In this document: in pieces, positions 60,027-64,000 of the stretch
Layout of the letters: every line of letters begins with the position of its first letter
How positions within the stretch are numbered: the stretch's first letter is position 1
DNA from: Macrostomum lignano
Taxonomy: Eukaryota
Direction of reading: 5' to 3'
Assembly: GCA_002269645.1 (NCBI GenBank)
Contig: NIVC01002662.1
Span: 62,001-126,000 of the forward strand
Length of the DNA: 64,000 bases
Program-made: the position numbers and the translations under genes
The notes under the pieces: model-generated
What the model was told of the DNA's origin: nothing
Seen by the model: only the letters and a program-made list of their open reading frames with translations
The model's database searches: none

Positions 60027-60215
60027 GGTGTTTTGTTATTGTTTATTAGACGACTAATAAACAATAGAATAGAAAAGCTATTGTTCAGAACTATCTTCCT
60101 AGCACAGTCACAATCATCCTAGTTTGCCTGGAAATCGCTTCCGTGATTCCAACTGTAGAACTATAGAAGTTTGCTAGGCATTGAGCCGATGTTTAACGTG
60201 CACTCTGCGGCTATA

Positions 60216-60417
60216 TGTTGTAAAGTGAGTTTACTCACTGGTTTGTTTTGCTAGTCGGTGTTTGGGGGTCAAGGCATCCGATGTACATGCGCGCTCTGTT
60301 TGTATATGTACATGCGTTCTCGAGTAAATATAAGAATAGCTCCACCCTTTGGGTGAGGGTTAGAATTTTTTTTGTTTGTTGGACTAAACCTGACTGGCTT
60401 GTCTCTCGCTCACCACA
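60216..60417 (+). repeat. 5' LTR
   Basis: TGTTG...CCACA. Confidence 0.96.
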
Positions 60418-60497
60418 TTTTGGCGTCGCGCGGAGAAATCAATTGATTTGGGCCAGCGTGATTCAGCACAAGTGCGAACTCTAAAATCTGCCAAGTC

Positions 60498-61640
60498 ATG
60501 AGCAGCACAGAAGGTGCAAATGCAAGTGCAATGGGCGACCCACAGAGAGGGTCTCAACAAGCAGCAGCCCAACAGTCAAGCAGAGATACAGCCAACAGAA
60601 TGAGTGTCAACATTTCGCCACCGCAGCCGTTTCTGCCAGCCGCTGGAGCACCGCTGATTGAATGGAACCGATGGAAAGCAATGTTCAGCAACTACCTGCT
60701 AGCATCGGGAGCCATCGATCTGCCGGAGCAAAGAAAACAAGCGTTGCTCATCCACTGTTTGGGTGCAGAGGGACAAAACATCTACATGTCTCTACAAGCC
60801 AGCAGCAATCAGGAGGAAGGAGAGCAACCGCCATCAACAGTTAATGACACGCTGAAGCTCCTGGACACGCACTTCGGACCCAAGGTCAACGCAGTTTCTG
60901 AGAGGCACAGATTCCGACAGAGAGCTCAGCGACCGGGCGAAAAGATCAGCGACTTCGTTGCCGCGCTGCGAAACCTGGCTTCGAACTGCGACTTCAAGAC
61001 CTTCCAGGAGGAGATGCTGCGTGACCAGCTCGTCGAGAAAGTGCTCAGCAACCACATCAGGGAGCGACTGCTTATGGAGCCGGAGCTGACCTTGGCGACA
61101 GCTGTGCAGTTGGCGGAGCGACTGGAAACTGGACTGCTGGAGGCCCAGGCCATCAAGGGAGGCAGCCACACAGACCCAAGCAGCTCGTGGGGAGTCCAGC
61201 AGATCAGCAAGGCCAAGAAAAGTGGAGCGGCGGCAAGACAGCACGAGGCACTGAAGCCGACAACCAACGGCCGGAGCTGCGGCTACTGTGGCTCAGCGGC
61301 GCATTTCGGTGGACAGACTTGCCCAGCAAAGGGGCAGAAGTGCAAGTCCTGCGGCAAGTGCGGGCACTTCGCCAGAGTCTGCAGGAGCGGCAACCGAGTG
61401 CGACAGCTTCAGGATGAGTACTCCATCTGCACTGTGTCGACAGCTGCGGCAGCAAGCAAGCACTGCGAAGTGCTGCTAAACGGGAGGCCTGTCAAGCTGC
61501 TCGTTGACTCCGGTTCGCGAGTCTCCATCATCACCAAGACGACGTACAACAGACTTTTTCCAACGTGCCCCTGCAGGCGTCATCACGGAAGCTGGTCGCT
61601 TTCAACGGCAGCAAGATCGGCGTGCTTGGTGACATCCTGA
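60498..61640 (+). CDS. Gag with double zinc knuckle fused in frame to protease N-half
   Basis: WNRWKAMFSNYL, ERHRFRQRAQRPGEKISDF, CGYCG..H..C and CKSCGKCGHFARVC, LLVDSGSRVS; frameshift near 61565. Confidence 0.9.
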   Translation: MSSTEGANASAMGDPQRGSQQAAAQQSSRDTANRMSVNISPPQPFLPAAGAPLIEWNRWKAMFSNYLLASGAIDLPEQRKQALLIHCLGAEGQNIYMSLQASSNQEEGEQPPSTVNDTLKLLDTHFGPKVNAVSERHRFRQRAQRPGEKISDFVAALRNLASNCDFKTFQEEMLRDQLVEKVLSNHIRERLLMEPELTLATAVQLAERLETGLLEAQAIKGGSHTDPSSSWGVQQISKAKKSGAAARQHEALKPTTNGRSCGYCGSAAHFGGQTCPAKGQKCKSCGKCGHFARVCRSGNRVRQLQDEYSICTVSTAAAASKHCEVLLNGRPVKLLVDSGSRVSIITKTTYNRLFPTCPCRRHHGSWSLSTAARSACLVTS

Positions 61641-62329
61641 CCTCGGTGCAGCTCAAGGACAAAGTAGTGCCTTACGTCAACCTTAGCGTGGTCAATACCG
61701 GATCTGACATCCTGGGGTGCGACCTCATGGATCAGCTGGGACTGCGGATCGTCACTGCAGACGGTGAGCGAGTGCAGACAGTCGGCACCAGAGCCCTGCC
61801 TGACTGGATCCCAGGCCGGTTCGACCAGTTGACTCAGGGACTCGGACACATCAAAGGATTTCAGCACAGGCCGCGAGTCAACCCCGCGGTGCAACCGACT
61901 GCTCAACCGTTGCGCAGAGTGCCGCTCAGCCTAAGGGATTCGGTTCAAAAGAAGTTCAAGTGGCTCAAAAGAACCCGACCGCCTCAATTAGGGTGCGGCG
62001 ACCTGGTGCGAGTGCGATCTCCGCGGATGCGAGGCAAGCTGCAGAGCCACGTGTCACCACCTCTACGGGTCAACGACATCATCAGCCCGACGATCGTCAG
62101 GTTAGAGGACGGCTCAAGGTGGCACACCAGCCTCTGTATGCCTCATGCGGAGCCCGAGGGTGCCAGCACGACTTCGGCAACGGCAATGCCGCCACAGCCG
62201 CCAGTGGCTGCAGAGCCGGCAGCGCCAGAAGGCCGACGGACCCGCCGCCGGAGACCGTTGAGGCCGACGCGGAGCTGCGGCGCAGTGCGCGACTGCGGGC
62301 ACCACCGTTGTGGTACGGCCAGGTCGTGA
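61565..62329 (+). pseudogene. Protease C-half and pre-RT linker fused to post-integrase tail
   Basis: ILGCDLM, PTAQPLRRVPLSLRDSV, then directly GDLVRVR..VRLEDGSRWH; deletion junction near 61945. Confidence 0.8.
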
Positions 62330-62383
62330 CGCATTGATTGCCAGCTGTGAAGGGAATTAGTGACTGTTAAGGAGGAGGGTGAA

Positions 62384-62585
62384 TGTTGTAAAGTGAGTAT
62401 ACTCACTGGTTTGTTTTGCTAGTCGGTGTTTGGGGGTCAAGGCATCCGATGTACATGCGCGCTCTGTTTGTATATGTACATGCGTTCTCGAGTAAATATA
62501 AGAATAGCTCCACCCTTCGGGTGAGGGTTAGAATTTTTTTTGTTTGTTGGACTAAACCTGACTGGCTTGTCTCTCGCTCACCACA
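62384..62585 (+). repeat. 3' LTR
   Basis: Matches 60216-60417 except GAGT(T/A)TACTC and CCCTT(T/C)GGG. Confidence 0.96.
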
Positions 62586-63111
62586 CTATACCCGAAAGAT
62601 CTCATTTTTAAGACACGATCCTCCTGTGCGCTCCTCCAAATCTTATCTGATCATGGACTTCTCGCTGTGCAATTTGCAACTAAGTCAGAGTCAAATTTTC
62701 ATGTCATAAACTAAATTAAAGTGGCTTAAACATTGGCATAAACGAGGGTGAAAATCTTACAACACCATGATTCCACCTCAAAGTTGTAAAAGCAGCGTCG
62801 CAGGACATCCTGCAGCTCATCCCGGTTTTAGATGACGTAGATTGAAAGGGTCTTGACAACCGTCTGCTGTAACAATATCTGACTGCAGGGGCCAACTAAT
62901 GCTTTTGTAATATGCATTTTTTTAAAGATATAATATCGTCTACATGTATGAAGTTAAAGAAATACAATATATTATGCGACTGCAGTTGTCCGAATTAGAC
63001 TACTCGTAAGTAAGCACTGCTGGCTACATTCCGATCAGTTAAACTACGAGCTGGTAAGAAATTTGGCAGAGCAGTTCATCAGCGGCTACCGAGTCACATA
63101 AGAGCGCTTGT

Positions 63112-63810
63112 CAACCATAAAAGAATCGCCATGTCAACCATAAAAAATCGACATGTCAAACATAAAAGAATCGATATGTCAAACATAAAAGAATCGACAT
63201 GTCAAACATAAAAGAATGGATATGTCAAACATAAAAGAATCGATATGTCAAACATAAAAGAAGCGACATGTCAAACACAGAAGAAGCGTCATGTCAAACA
63301 TAGAAGAAGTTACATTTCACCCATAAAAGAAGCGACGTGTCAACCATAAAAGGATCGCCATGTCAACCATAAAAAATCGACATGTCAAACATAAAAGAAT
63401 CGATATGTCAAACATAAAAGAAGCGACATGTCAACCTTGATAGAATCGACATGTCAAACATAAAAGAAGCGACATGTCAAACATAAAAGAATCGCCATGT
63501 CAACCATAAAATAATCGACATCTAAACCATAAAAGAAGCGACATGTCAACCTTGAAAGAATCGACATGTCAAACATAAAAGAAGCGACATGTCAAACATA
63601 AAAGAAGCGACATGTCAATCGTCAAAGAAGCGACATGTCAAACATAAAAAAGGGTTATGTGAAACATAAAAAACACGACATGTCGACCATAAAAAGGGTT
63701 ATGTGAAGCATAAAAGACATGATATGTCAACCATAAAGGAATCGCCATGTAAACCATAAAAGAGGATTATGTGAAACATAAAACACACGACATGTCAACC
63801 ATAAAAGAAG
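63112..63810. repeat. Minisatellite, about 23-bp unit
   Basis: Tandem CATGTCAAACATAAAAGAA(T/G)CGA. Confidence 0.94.
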
Positions 63811-64000
63811 CGCCCATTCAACCGTAAAGACTCATCGGAAATCGCAAAGATGTCAAAGCTGATGGGTGTGAATTGCTAAATTGTCAGGGCTGTTGGTGGA
63901 ATTTCTAAGATTTCAAAGACTCAGAGAAATTGCCATGAAGTTCTTGGGCTCAGCGGACTCGATGCAATGTCAAGGTTCATGGGGGGATTGCTGAATTGCT

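Larger units (their letters stand above)
60216..62585 (+). mobile_element. Internally deleted non-autonomous Ty3/Gypsy element (Mag-like gag)
   Basis: 202-bp LTRs differing at 2 positions; 5-bp TSD CTATA; PBS-like TGGCGTCGCG 60421; PPT AAGGAGGAGGG about 62369; RT, RNase H and integrase core absent. Confidence 0.95.

Overview
Eukaryotic (metazoan) genomic DNA. The GC-rich exons, satellite-filled introns and WSC-PAN secreted protein suggest a free-living flatworm such as Macrostomum, but that is inference only. Four spliced host genes could be reconstructed by hand with consistent GT-AG junctions and phases: RPL10A (+, 2 exons, 216 aa), a TMEM179-like four-TM protein with a long Q/A-rich tail (-, 4 exons, about 528 aa), a UBE3C/UBE3B-like IQ+HECT E3 ligase (+, 10 exons, 1098 aa) and a secreted WSC+PAN/Apple-like protein (+, 2 exons, 216 aa). 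The rest is mobile DNA and tandem repeats: an intact Ty3/Gypsy element with identical LTRs, an internally deleted Gypsy, a decayed mariner, hAT-like, Harbinger-like and unclassified 8-bp-TSD MITEs, a tRNA-derived SINE family, CpG-eroded retroelement relics and about 20 different mini/microsatellites. Standout observations: (1) a gag-protease Gypsy derivative bounded by INVERTED LTR copies with no TSD, inside a TMEM179 intron (19608-21277); (2) two divergent minimal hammerhead-ribozyme motifs in an inverted repeat, Penelope-like (about 30056-30599); (3) a strong C>T/G>A erosion confined to old TE-rich blocks; (4) a different minisatellite in nearly every intron.
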